From positions 100,856 to 144,524 of the forward strand of contig NMRA01000622.1 of assembly GCA_002633005.1 (NCBI GenBank): DNA of 43,669 nt. The letters are read 5' to 3'. This DNA is from Phoronis australis. Taxonomy: Eukaryota > Animalia > Phoronida. Position 1 is the stretch's first letter, and the number at the start of each line of letters is the position of its first letter. Below, one piece after another: positions 1 through 13,200 of the stretch. A program made the position numbers and the translations under genes. The notes under the pieces are model-generated. The model was given only the letters and a program-made list of their open reading frames with translations. It searched no databases and was not told where the DNA came from.

Positions 1-942
1 TCCAAGCTGTATTGACCATTTATTGCTCTGTTTGCATCACATTACCATGCAGAGGACAACAGGAGATTGGCAATTTAACTTCAGTGGCTAAGAAAGATTT
101 CCCACACCTTGGCTAGAGTGATAGGTTCTCTATACATTGAAGTAAAGATTCCTCAATTTATAACGCAATATGGTGGAACAGTAAAATTTTATTTTGTCAA
201 ATTTTCAACAAAAGTAAAAAGGATGAAAACATTTACTTCGCTACTTGTTAAACTGGAAAAATGGCAACTTTGGCAATTGTTTTTGTTCTAAATTGTGGAA
301 TCTGCTGATATAACAAGGAGGACCCAAAACTATGGCAGCCGCATTTTTGCACATCCAAACTTATTTAAACAAGAACAATATTTTACAATCTTTAGGCTGC
401 TGAATCACGTGGTCATTCAAATGGTGCTTTGCTATTTTTACTTTCTACTCATTCGTAAATAAATTCTTTAACAAACAAAAGTGTAGACACTATACATGTG
501 TGCATCTTAATTTGTTGTACACCAGCAAATTTTAATTCATTTACGATGAAATTTGTTTCATTAGTTTATTCCCTTTAACTTAAACGTTTTTCAAATTCCC
601 ATCAATAGAGCAAAAACATCATGTGGTAAATCAAAGCTGTAGTTGTGAAATTTAGCATATTTTTGAGAAAGTGAATTTTCTGTTTGAGCTAAGATATCTG
701 TAGCTTGAAAACTAATTCGGGAACCCTACTTTTTTGCTCATGTCATTGCACATACACAGGACATTAAAGAAAAATTTTTAAAAAATTAATTTTTTCGATG
801 AAATTTTTGCATAGAAGCCAAAATGCTCAATTCTGAGGTACCCAAAAATCGTGGAAAAGTAAAATGCGCTCTAACACTGATGTAAGAAAACCATTTAACT
901 GGGAAATATTATTGAAGCTGTTGCAATATAAAATTGACATCC

Positions 943-2900
943 TGCGGAACGGTTCCGCAAGTGTTCTATTTATTAGTTAATTATTGTTACAATACAAATT
1001 CTGATACATTTATGTTTCATACTTGTTGCACATTAACATTTGAATATTCCGTATCATGTATTAACATTCTACCAAAAACGGTAAAATGGCATAGACAAGA
1101 TATCAGTTTTTCCCTGAGTCTGCTAGGGGTAGGTTTTTGCATCAAAAACCATTCAGCAAGTTCCCCACTGATTAATTATTGCTCATGATGACACATTGAT
1201 ATTTTCACGTGTTATTGAGAATAGAATATATTTCAACCTTAATGTGTAAGAAGTTTAAAAAATTGTGAGCTCCACAAAACTATAGTTTGCGGAACGGTTC
1301 CGCATGCAGAAATGTTCCACAACTGTCACTTTTATTAATTAATTGTTAGGGTATAAATTCTGATACTTTTGTGTTTAATGCTTGTTGCATGTTAAGATTT
1401 GAATATTTCATGGCTTGTGTTAAGGTTCTGCCAAAAGCGGTAAAATGGCATACACAAGATGTCAATTTTTCGCGAGTCTGCTTGAGGTAGGTTTCTGCAT
1501 CACAAACCATTCAGCAAGTTCCCCGCTGATCAATCATTGTTCATGTTGACACATTGATATTTCCATATGCTATTGAGAGTAGAGTATATTTCAACTGAAA
1601 TGTGCAAGAAAATTTTTTAAAAACTTGTGAAGATCACAAAAGTATTGTTTGCGGAACGGTTCCGCATGCGGAACGGTTCCGCAACTGTCACTTTTAATAA
1701 TTAATTATTGTTAGAGTAGAAATTCTGATACTTTTATGTTTAATGCTTTTTGTACGTTAAGATTCGAATATTTCATGGCTTCTGTTAAGGTTCTACCAAA
1801 AGCGATAAAATAGCAATAACATGATGTCAATTTTTCGCCCGAGTCTGCTTGAGGTAGGCTTCTTCATCAAAAAACATTCAGCAAGTTCCCCAATGATCAA
1901 TCATTGTTCATGTTGACAGATTGATATTTCCATATCTCATTGAGAATAGATTATATTTCAACTGAAATGTGCAAGAAAACTTTTTTAAAACTTGCGAGGA
2001 TCACAAAAGTATTGTCTGCGGAACGGTTCCGCAACTGTCACTTTTAATAATTAATTATGGTTGGGGTAGAAATCCTGATACTTTGATATTTAATGCTTGT
2101 TGAACGTTAAGATTCGAATATTTCGTGGCTTGTGTTAAGGTTCTACCAAAAGCGGTAAAATGTCATAGACAATATGTCAATTTTTCCCAGAGTCTGCTTG
2201 AGGTAGGTTTCTGTATCACAAACCATTCAGCAAGTTCCCCACTGATTAATCATTGCTCATGTTGACACATTGACATTTCCATATGCTACTGAGAACAGAG
2301 TAAATTTCAACTGAAATGTGCAAGAAAATTTTTTTTTAAAACTTGTGAGGATCAAAAAAGTATTGTTTGTGGAACGGTTCTGCATGCGGAATGGTTCCGC
2401 AACTGTCACATTGATCAACTAATTACTGTTAGGATTGTCACATCGATACTTTCAAGTGGCATTGATAATGTAATGCATTTTAAGATGATTGGTGAAATCA
2501 AATACCGAGCAAAACCATTCTGTTTGGGAAATCACTCCCCATACAGAACGGTTCCGCATGCGGAATGGTTCCGCAACTGTCACATTGATCAAGTAATTAT
2601 TATTAGGATTGTCGCATTGATACTTTCAAGTGGTATTGATTATGGAATGCATTTTAACTTTATTGGTCATGAGAATTTAAAAAATTGTGTTCTGCAAAAA
2701 ACTATTCTATTTGCGGAACCGTTCCGCATGTGGAACCCTTCTACAACCGTCACATTGATTAATATATTATTGAGAGTGGGCACATTATACTCTCTCAAGT
2801 ACTATGGAGAATGGAATGTAATTCATGTTTATTGGGCCGGGAGAAAATTAAAAATTTTAGTCCTGTGCTAAACTTTTCTGTTTGTGGAACCCTTCTGGAA
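943..2900. repeat. Tandem satellite: four ~345-367-bp units followed by three ~170-174-bp units, each headed by the palindrome TGCGGAAC(G/C)GTTCCGCA
   Basis: Palindrome copies at ~943, 1288, 1650, 1667, 2017, 2368, 2385, 2542, 2559, 2712 and 2883 (degenerate); unit bodies visibly align. Confidence 0.93.
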
Positions 2901-3001
2901 CTTTCACATTGATTTTTAAAAATAAAGTATTATTTTGATTATTAGTCCACAAAACATACATAATATTTCTCAAGTCACAGTATTCCACAAAACTTGCGCA
3001 G

Positions 3002-3181
3002 TGCGTAATATTCCGCAAAATCTGCGGAATATTCCGCACATTTGCAGAATATTCCGCACATTTGCAGAATATTCCGCACATTTGCGGAATATTCCGCAAG
3101 TGTGCAGAATATTCCGCAGACTTTGCGGAATATTCTGCATTCAGTGCGGAATATTCCGCACTGAGTGTGGAATATTCCGCA
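3002..3181. repeat. Minisatellite of nine 16-bp palindromes TGCGGAATATTCCGCA, period 20-21 bp
   Basis: Direct count: 3002, 3023, 3043, 3063, 3083, 3103, 3124, 3145, 3166. Confidence 0.97.
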
Positions 3182-3923
3182 AGGCAAAAATTGAACTTCT
3201 AATTAAGAAAATGCTAATTGAGGAAATAAAAATGTAACATTGTAAACACGTTTAGGGTAAGGTATAGATTTGTTACATACCATTTTTATGGCCCTAAGTG
3301 GATATTAAAAAAGTGCGGAACCGTTCCGCACACTTTGAGACTAAATAATATTGTCTCATTTGAAAAAATATCGCCTTATTCTATTATCCCAACCAAAATC
3401 TGTGTTTTGTGTACTGTGCCCTTATATGTGTAATCACTTGCCATAGGTTTACCTAATGATTGAACTGTACTGTGAATTCTTACGTCGGAAGATTTTAGCC
3501 ACTAACAAGGGCATTTGCAAAGGCCAGGACGTTTTAAAAATAAAAACGCTTCGTAAACACGCAAGTTGAGGTGTGCAAGTTCAATGTCACAGTCGGAAGT
3601 TGAACAACACGGTCTAATTAAACCAGAGCACATGTTACGCTACAACGAAAAACTGCAGCCTTCCATGTATTTCCCATTTGTATTTTCATCAGAAATTTTC
3701 GTCATGCGAGACTCGGTGACTTTTTTCATAGCTAAAGCGCCAAACTCAAGCTAAACGCAAGACAATCGAGTAACGGTCATGACATCGTCAAGACAAGGTA
3801 AAAATTACAAAGCCCGTTACCCCAATTCTCAGATTCAAGCCTTATTGAGTAGTAATCATCCGTTGAACGCTTTAGTGACATGGGAGTTGCGTCGATCCTA
3901 AATTAGCGTTTCTAAAATTTTCC

Positions 3924-4103
3924 TTGTCCGAAAGTCACGGGACAAAAATCCGACGTTTATGACATTGTCCGAAATTCGAGGATCATTGAAAAACAGTTTT
4001 TGGACCTTGTACGAATTTCGTGGACCATGAAAAACTCATTTCGGAAATATTTATTCTTGGTCGAAAATAGCGGGCCGTCCGAAAATCACGCAACTTTACC
4101 GTA
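3924..4103. repeat. Partial MITE-like end with repeated tgtccgaaa motifs, ending ...ctttaccgta
   Basis: Several variants of (t)gtccgaaa; terminus resembles TA-flanked tacggtaaa-type MITE ends; no partner end found. Confidence 0.35.
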
Positions 4104-4159
4104 ACAGTACTCACACTGAAATGTGTTGTGACACCAGGTGAATTAGGTTATATACTCAC

Positions 4160-4264
4160 ATTGAACTCAAATGCACCAACCCCAAGTCCTCCTGCAGCCC
4201 CTGAGCCAGCCAGCCCAATGAAGTGCTCACTGCCTATGTTGCTGGCAAACATGGAGGCTCCCAC
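4160..4264 (-). CDS. SLC5A3-like: SLC5 exon 3 ([35 protein letters not shown])
   Basis: Acceptor tttcag, donor gtgagt; conserved SLC5 substrate-binding segment. Confidence 0.96.
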
Positions 4265-7200
4265 CTGAAACACATGCACCAACGCAGATTACAATATCAC
4301 TCAGAACACTCGTAAAAAGGGAAATGTTTGGTATTACATATGGTCTTGTTAATATTTTGGCTTCACGTTTTAGTTAGAAACAAACTGAGGAGTAGGGAGT
4401 CATGTTAACTTTTTAATGTTTTTTTGGCCAATTTGGCACATTTGCTAACTAAACCAACTTTTAGTGGATCTAATAATAAAAGAAATTAATCGAAAAATAT
4501 TCGAACCAAGGTGTGACGCCACGAGAACAAGAAACGCTGCAAACAGCATGTGTCAGACTACCAGTGAATCATTGCTTAGTGTAACTTTATTGCAGTTTCT
4601 GCATCATCGTTCACGGCAAATGACAAATTGTTACATGTACATCCGAGGATGACTGACAATTTTCTTTTTGAGTTCCTATAGCAAAGGAGAGCCATGTGGA
4701 GCATTGATTTGCGCTCACCTAGTGCATCACAAATATTGGAGATACAAGGGATGATTACTACTTCAAACAATCCCTGAGTTAAGGAGACCAATGCTAGTAA
4801 ACTTAAAAGAGCTTACAGGGGATGCATTGCAAGTCTGAAAAACTTATCAAGATCGAAAAAACAAAAATAAAAACTAGGGGGCAGCTGCGGTAGTCAGACA
4901 AGTCGTAGTCAGGTTCATTGCAATACACTTGCAAAACTTCACAAAGATCCCGCTGAGGTTTAGGAGAAACAGCCGTGGACGAAAAAAAACAGAACTGCCA
5001 CTACGGGATGCCACAGTAGTCAAAATTATCAATTACCAAAAATTATTTTCAGCCATGCTCTTCCCAGTAAGAACCGTATAAATGTTCATAAAAATTTTTA
5101 GAGTGATCCGGCCGATAGAGAGATAGACGCCAAAAAACAGTATAGAAAACAATAACAACAGCAACGTGGAGCATTGAAATGTCCCCACGAATGCATCGCA
5201 AAGGGTGGGCTTTTAGGGTTTTTCATTTGTATCATCGAAATGGCCACTAGACGGCGCGAAATACGTCGAATCCGTCTGAAAACCAGAAAATGTCATTGTT
5301 TCTCTTAATGAAAGCCATTTACCAAATTTCATTAAAATTTGAGGAACCTCAGAGAAACAGAGGAAAGTGAAAAAATGAAATTGCCACTAGGGAGCACAGT
5401 GTTCGTCGGATCCGTCGTAAAGTCGTCATCTTCCCTTGTTAACTTCATACACGTGCTAAATTTAATAAAGATCCTGCAGAGGGCTTAGGAGATACAGGTA
5501 TGGGAGCAAAAAAACACTACTGGAGGCACCACACTAGTCAAAGTCATCGGAAAATCATCATCAACCGTCCCCTTCAAAAAAAGAACATACATTCCCGATC
5601 ATCCTTTGAATGGTTTGGTTGACAGAGGGGCAGACGCCAAAAAAATGAATCAAAAACAGTAAAAATGGCCACTAGATGGCGCAAGATGCCTCAAATCCAT
5701 CCGAAAACGGGAGGATAGCGTCCACTCATTAACAGGTGCCTATGTGACAAATTTCACGAAAATCAGTTGAGGACCTTTGAAGATATAGAGGCGAATGTAA
5801 AAAACTAAAATTGCCACTAGGGGGCAAAGCAGTATTTGGGTCGGTCTGAAACTTGTTGCCCTCTCTTATCATTAGCATAGGAACACACCTGCCAAATTTC
5901 AATAAGATCCTGCAAGGGGTTTAGGACATACAGCCGCGGAGGCTGGATGCCCAGAAAGAGATCACGGCAATATGCGACCACATATAAATAAGTGGGCATA
6001 TAAAAATGCAACTTGAAGGCACACGCCACATCAGATTCTTCTAAAACCAGACAGGTGTCGTCATCACCTCTTTTAACAGAAACATAATTCAAGGAGCTCC
6101 ATACTAGATACAGAGTAAATTAGGGGAAAATAAAATTGCCAGTGGCTTGGCTGATAGAGAAATAGACACCAAAAACAAGACTAAAAATAATAAAAATGGC
6201 CACTAGGTGGTGTGCACTATGTCAAATCCACCTGAAAACAAGAGAGATGTCATTGCCTCTTTGCTAGAAACCTGTTTACTAAATTTTGTAAAAATCTGTC
6301 AAGAGAAGAAAATGGAAAAAAATCCACTGGGGGCACAGCACTTGGTGGATTTGTCCAAAATTCATGCCCATCCGTTTTCAACTTCTTTACACTCTAGCCA
6401 AATTTAAAGATCTTGCAGAGTGTATAGGAGATACAGACATGCATGGAAAGATTGTGCCACTAGGAGCTGACACAGGAGTCATGGAACATCTCTGCCATTT
6501 CATAATGGTTTGCCTGATAGAGGGGCAGACGCCAAAAAATCGAAAACAGTAAAAATGGCCACTAAGTGGTGCAAAATACCTCGAATCCATCTGAAAAGAG
6601 AAGGTGGCGTGTCATCTCTAGATACTTATTTGCAAATTTTTCATGAAAACCCATTAAGGAACTCAGAAGATACAGACTGAGGTGAATGTAAAAACAAAAA
6701 TTGCCACTACAGGACACATCTGTAGTAGTTGGATCAATCTGAAAAATTCTCTCATGCCCTACCATCCACAAAAGGAAGATATCTGCAAAAGTTCATGAAC
6801 ATACATCCTAGGGTTTTGGGAGACGACTAAGCAGACTCTGGATAGACAGGGATGAGAGTTTATGCAACCACATATAAATATGTGGGTGCATACAGGTTAA
6901 CAATTAGGGTACTTGCTCACTAGCTATCACACCTCTATTATCAGGAACATTGTTTTCATACAGAAAACGGCTAAACAGGTTCAAAATACCACATCAAGTG
7001 GAATGTGCCCTCCATAAACGTCTATCCATTAACAGATTTTCTCAAGTCTGTTGAACATCAAGTGCTTTAGTACAACTCATTGGTAAGATTGACAAAATGG
7101 TACTGTGTAGCCACACACAAATGAAAGGAACACTGGGTCAACAACATGAAGCATCTAGTCAAAACCAATTGGTATCTATGTGTGGCCACACACAAAATAA

Positions 7201-10200
7201 GAATTAAACACTGGTTCAACTTACAGATAGCCATATCATGTAGCGTCCAGCCAAGAAGTAGCCACTAACTGTTCCTCGATTTGACCGACAGAGAGACTAA
7301 AAGGTAAAAGCACAAATCATGAGCACCCTAGGAAACAGCTTACTGTAACTTTAGCATTTAGGAGCACAAAAGCAGATCTGTCACTTGACTCAATTTCAAA
7401 TTCTGGTGAGCAAGACTAGTGGACTTTGACAGGGACAATACATGTACATCCCGGGATGTTGTACATTTATTTTTGAATGAATAATTTGAATATTTCACTG
7501 CAGAACACTGGCAAACTGACTGCCTGAGTTCCCACTGGATGGGATTAACAGCCACACATTAAATATCTAAGGTTAATTGGATTAAAAACACAGATTGCGC
7601 AAGTATCGCACCAAGTGGAACAAGTCCCGGATAAAGTTGAAGAAAAATGGGCCAAATGAGACAGTTTTCAAGTTGCATTCCCTTATGAAAAAACTTAAAG
7701 ATAATAAAATATTGTCCTTCCAGTCCCTAATCGTTCATCACTTAAACTCTTCACACCATGAAATGTTTGAATTTGGTTACCGAAAATTGGTATATTTTAA
7801 GTATTTCTTCTTCAATTTGTGTACCTACAATCAAGAAATGAAGAAAAAATAAATAATTAAAATTTTTTTGAATGACGTCATCAGTGAATGCGGTCTGCAG
7901 CATTGTGCTCTCCACTACATCATCCGCAAGGGCAAGTGGTCTCAAAAACAGAGTTCCACTAAGTATTATGAAAAGTTGCATATTGTACAGAAGAGCAGTA
8001 TAACAGCAATCGGACAGGCAGACAATATTTTAGTTTCTGCGTTTCCAAACAACCCTAATATCGCCCAGAAATGGCACAGGTTCATGTTGCGGCGTCAGAC
8101 AGTACACAGCGGAGCAACCGAAAAGTCCAGAAGCCACGCTATGCTCGGCCAATTATGAAGAATCGTGCTTCGATTTGTCACAAATGGAGATTTGATGAAG
8201 GTTTCTCCAACGTGCAAGCACTTTAGATGGTGAATTTTGTTTTGTACCATTATAACGTTGCTGTCAGGCACATATTGAGTAGGAGCCTCACCATCAAATT
8301 GTGACTTTTGTAGTAAGTTTCCATCAGTTTATTCTTGTTCAAGTTGTTGTGGAAATGCATGCTATCCACACATACTTCAGTGCCCAATAGGAGAAAATGG
8401 GATGTAGAGGCTGGAGTCGGACACTAGACCAATGTAATTGATGAATTAAAAAGGAACAAAGCTTTCATGATTTTGGAACATATAAAACAGAAATAAAATC
8501 CTGTTAGCATCACTATAATTAGAAATGATTGTTCCTGACAAACGCATTACAGCATTTGAAGAACGGAAATCAGAGTCCGCTATTCGCAACTGGGCTTCAA
8601 CAGTCCGGGTAAAAACTTCAGTTTGACTTACAGCTCAAGACTCGTAATGATATACCCAACACTGAAAGTGATTAGAAAATTAAATTGTGATTCAATAAAA
8701 GGTTTTAATTGTCCCTCTGAAAGCAGGACTGTCCGCAGACTGACAAGGTTGAGTTTGTACGGCCTTGAACACACAATGTCTGCCGATATGGCGAGGTCTA
8801 ACTCATTACCTACTTCACCAATAGCCTGAGTGTCGACTTCACCTCAATCTCCATTCCTGTCTTCACAATACTCGTCAACCTCACTCTCCAACTTTCAAAA
8901 TCACTACTATCCGCCATTGCACAGTGATATACTGTCACCTGATCAACGTCTACCACTGATGACATCACGTGGCAGGAAACCAAAAAATCATTTTTTCTTT
9001 AAAATTCAAAATTCCTCAATTATAAGTGCTCGTTTAGCTAGATTTTGTGTTATAAAATTATTATACAACTGCAAGTCTAAAACTTTAAAAACAGCAAAAA
9101 CCCGTTGTAGAAACGCTTTAAATCTAAGGACTTTCTTGGAGATAATTGAGGCAACGACATAAAGTGACCTCTGGCACACAGTACATATTATAGTGTATAA
9201 ATTTCTACTTATTCTACTATTTTTTTTCAAGCGCTTCACCCTCAGTAAACGAGTCCACAAGAGTGGTGGTCGTTGTCAGTGGCAGTGGTCCCCAGGCAAA
9301 TGGTGTTGTTGGTGTCTACTGCAGTGCACTAAGAGTGGCGACGTTGTTGAAACTTATACTTGTTGTGTCTAAAATCTACCGTAACCTCTCAATAATATGC
9401 AACAGATTTATTCTGCGAAAGAAACATTCTTTTTTCACAGTTTTAAGAGCCAAATTCCACCTTTGTTCCCATCCAAAGTCAAAGTAACATACCGTAAGTG
9501 TTGTACATGCAATATTATGTGGCTAACTTATTTTTTTCAGTGCTGAGCAAGCAAACGTCGGGATAACGTGTCAATTTTTGGCTGACCTACTCTTTCCATA
9601 AGGGCCAAACCAAAGGAGCAAACTCAAATCGCTCAATAATGGAATTCCACGCTACGATGTTGAAGTATTTCAAGGTTTTTTAGTTCATGCAAAACTAGTT
9701 ATTGAATATCTATTAAACATTAGACAAAAGAGTTTTTCTAGTGAAATTTGCACTGCATCCTTCTAATGCATTAATATGTGATTCTGCCAAGGCAATGCCT
9801 CGCGAAATGCTTTTCAGGAACTTTTTCAGTCCTTCCGGTACACTAAGCCACCGCCTCAACTAGTAGTAGAGGTGGTGGCCATCCCATAGACCATTCCTAC
9901 GTCAAAAGCTTTTCAGTGAATTATGCCTTGCACTGATTAAAGCATCGAAGTCACGTTGCTGTTAATTAGTATGTTTATAGACGAAGGCCGTCGATTTCTT
10001 TAATTCCTTCCAGCTCGATCAAATACTCCCGTAATCAAACTTTTTTCAAGAAGTCCGTTTTTCAGTTGCCCAAATCAGCAACTGGCCATGTTTACACTGC
10101 TCCTGACAGGAGACGACATGACGTGATATCCCCACCGTCTCTACAGCTAGTTGAGACAGAGACACTGCCTATCATTCGGGTTGCAATAATTTGAACTGGA

Positions 10201-13200
10201 CGAACCAATAGAGGGAGTTTGCAGTTAAATTTATCTAGTTTGCATCTTCAATGACTTTGATAACGTTTGTATAGCAGGTCAGTCCCAGAATTTCAACAGG
10301 TATTGTTTTCAAGGTGTATTCTCTCAAATTACTTCAATTGCATACTTGGCCACTCGAATACATGTGTCAGTTAGAGAGTGCTGATTTAACTTTCACATCG
10401 ACAACTAGCCTTACGGATTGGCAATTCCTTTAAACTTCCGGGTAGTGTACTTCAACTGCTCAAATATATTTTGTCAGTCCCAAGGACTCATAGAATTAAC
10501 CAAATAAAAGAACAAGCATACAATGCTAACATAATCCGAAGACTGAGACCGAATGGAAACTAATGGAGAGAAACTAAATGTGCTCATGCAAACTCTCGTC
10601 CAACCGAGAAATTTTAACTGTGGTTGTCATATTTAATTTTATGGAGTAAGTGCTCCCACTAACGTTACATATGTCAGAGGCATAAATTTAACGCTGGTCG
10701 CTAATGCCATCTTCTAAAAGGGAATAAAAGAAGTAACTGCGGTAAACTTAGTCCAGTAGTAAATGACCTTTCTCACCGAAGTTAAGCTGCTTGTGTTCAG
10801 TAAAGAAAGTTACCCGGCCGAGGGAAATTAGGTTCCTTGAGAAAGCTACTCAAGTTCACTTCACAGCCTTATGCACCAGCATTTAGCCCAGCAAAGGTGA
10901 TTTTTTGCATCCATTCCCATAACTGGTTTGTTTTTGCTAAAGCAAATATATAATGCATTAGCGAGTACGTGAAAAGAGTAGTACCTATAGGTATGATACA
11001 AGGCAAGTCTGCAAGAAATGGCCATTATGATGAAGAGAAAATATGACAACAGTTTTGCCTGCTATTGGTCATGCTGTAAACATCCCCTTTAAACCAGATA
11101 AGGATGATTTGGAGAAATCTTTTGAATTTCTCCAATGTCAGGTGGTCAGCACCAGGGCTTCTATTCAATTCCTGTCTCCACTGGGGGTCATCAATAGATG
11201 AGGGTCATATAATGAGGACAATTATCTGAACCAAGGTGGCTTTAGACATCTTTAGTTGAAGACTGCACTGTCTGGCTATGAATACATCAATGTTGGATGG
11301 TCTCATAACAGTAAACAAGCTAAACTAACAATCTGTTAAGATTTGTTTCAACTTCCAAACTTAGAAAAAAAATCAAGATCAAACTTAAAGTCCTTCTCTC
11401 AAACTGCCCATGTGGTTCCAGTATCCGAAAATACTTACTACATAAAATCTTATTTTCAACACCCTTTCTTTATATGCTTTTCGCCTTTCTTGCCAAAAGC
11501 GATTGTTGAACAGTATTTGATCCTTCTCTCTGAGCATATCATTACCGGCTGTCATCGGTTATTTCCGTACCCACATTTCCGGCTCATCAGTTCAGGAACT
11601 TGTCCTCAAAGCCGCCATTTTTTCCTTGTAACTGAATGTGCTATCGCTTGCTCGAAAAGTCTTCATGTTTTGTTAGTAATATCTCGTGATTGCATATGTA
11701 GTCTATTTATAGTTTGTAGTTAGTGGTCGTTGATGTTTTTTGGAATGTTACGCGTACTTATTATGTTAAAATAGCATTGGTGTTTAGTTCCTTACGTAGG
11801 CCGGTCGAACCTAGGAACCAATATGGGTCGAACCTATTTTTTTCGGTTTTATTTTTTTCTCGTTTTGAAAAAGTACTTTGCTATCATCGGAAAGGTAGTG
11901 CATTGTACTCAGTAAAAATCGAAAAAGTATCAAAATCGGGACAAGCAGTGTAAAGTTATTGCAAGTTTTGTGGCGAAATTTGAGTCACTTTGTTTGGATT
12001 CGGGTCGGCCATATTGGAGGACAGCGGGATAAGTCAGTACGAGTTTAAAACTTTGTGTATATTGTTTTCACCAACAAATTACGGTGGAATTTAGTTAGAC
12101 ATATCTTTACTTACTATTCTGCACAATTTAACAGTGTTCACCAAATTTCAGCCTCGCAGTTGTTACTCATTGAGTGATAAATGTGCTCACAACTTCCGTT
12201 GGACTTCGTCTCATTTCTGGCGGCACCGACAACAGGGCGACTTTTGCTGAACTGAAAGGCATGTTCAATCGGCTACTTTGTAATTTGTGAAGATTTAACA
12301 TTGATCCATTTTGACAAACGTTGCTACAAAAAAGAAACTTTGTTCAATTTTCGTGTTTTTTGTGCAAAAATATAAGATGTATTCGAATTATTTTACTGTA
12401 AATTTCCCATTCAGGTGATCTTACACTAGGCTAAAAAATAGTTGAAATAATTTTGAAATGGTTTTTTGTTTGACTGTCAACTGCTGTTCAAGACTTGATT
12501 CGGTGTCACAAAATGATTCATATTTTTCTAAATTTTAAGTCTCAATTGCTTTCAAGTCATGTTTTGTAACTCATTGCTTCTCAATTCAGGTTATCAAGTC
12601 AGGAATAATCTTAATTTGGGAAATAAGCTATGTTGGAGTGTGAAGCTTCAAGTCTCTAATTCTTGTTCCTTGCAACTTCATATTTTTTTAAATGATGCTT
12701 GTCAAATTCTGGTGTAAGGAAACACTATTCCGTCACCATGGTAATAGTTACATGTATGTCCACTTTCATATCATGGAAACTGTTGCTGTTGAATAGTGTT
12801 TGTAATGCTAAATGTTGTAAAGTATTGTGCATTTTAAGTTACTTATGTTAAAAGTTTGAATCATTTTGGGTTAATGAATAAAAAATAATAACATGTTTTA
12901 TTGGACTTGCCATACTTATGTGCTCGAACGAGCCCCCTTTTTGGAGAACTGGAAAAAGGTCTGCCTCAGTCACAGAAGCACGAATTCCGAAAAAAGTAGA
13001 AAATGAGACAATATTCCACTAGAAGACAGGAAGTACCAAAATTTAGAGTCTGCAAATCATAGCTCTGAACATACCCACTGAATCTTATAGTAAAAGATAG
13101 ACATTCCCAAAAATTCCAGCCCCCCCATTCTTTTAGGCTTGGTGCGCTCATACAAAATCTCTATTGAAAGTCAACAACTTTGCACAGTTCGCCAGAAGTA

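Noticed and set aside
3002-3181. CRISPR-like appearance of regularly spaced palindromic repeats
   Set aside because: Linkers are only 4-5 nt, there are no unique spacers or cas genes, and the context is eukaryotic.
2857-3237. Overlapping ORFs with RNIPQ/CGIF repeats
   Set aside because: These are translations of the palindromic minisatellite on both strands, not protein.
1-4159. SLC5 exon 4
   Set aside because: I found no LxWxFxPxY-type exon here; it is presumed to lie beyond the window edge.
4719-4812. Hydrophobic reading frame ([23 protein letters not shown]) ending at a gtgagc donor, as a possible extra SLC5 exon
   Set aside because: Exons 2 and 3 already join without a gap in the family alignment, the phase does not fit and no SLC5 motif is present.
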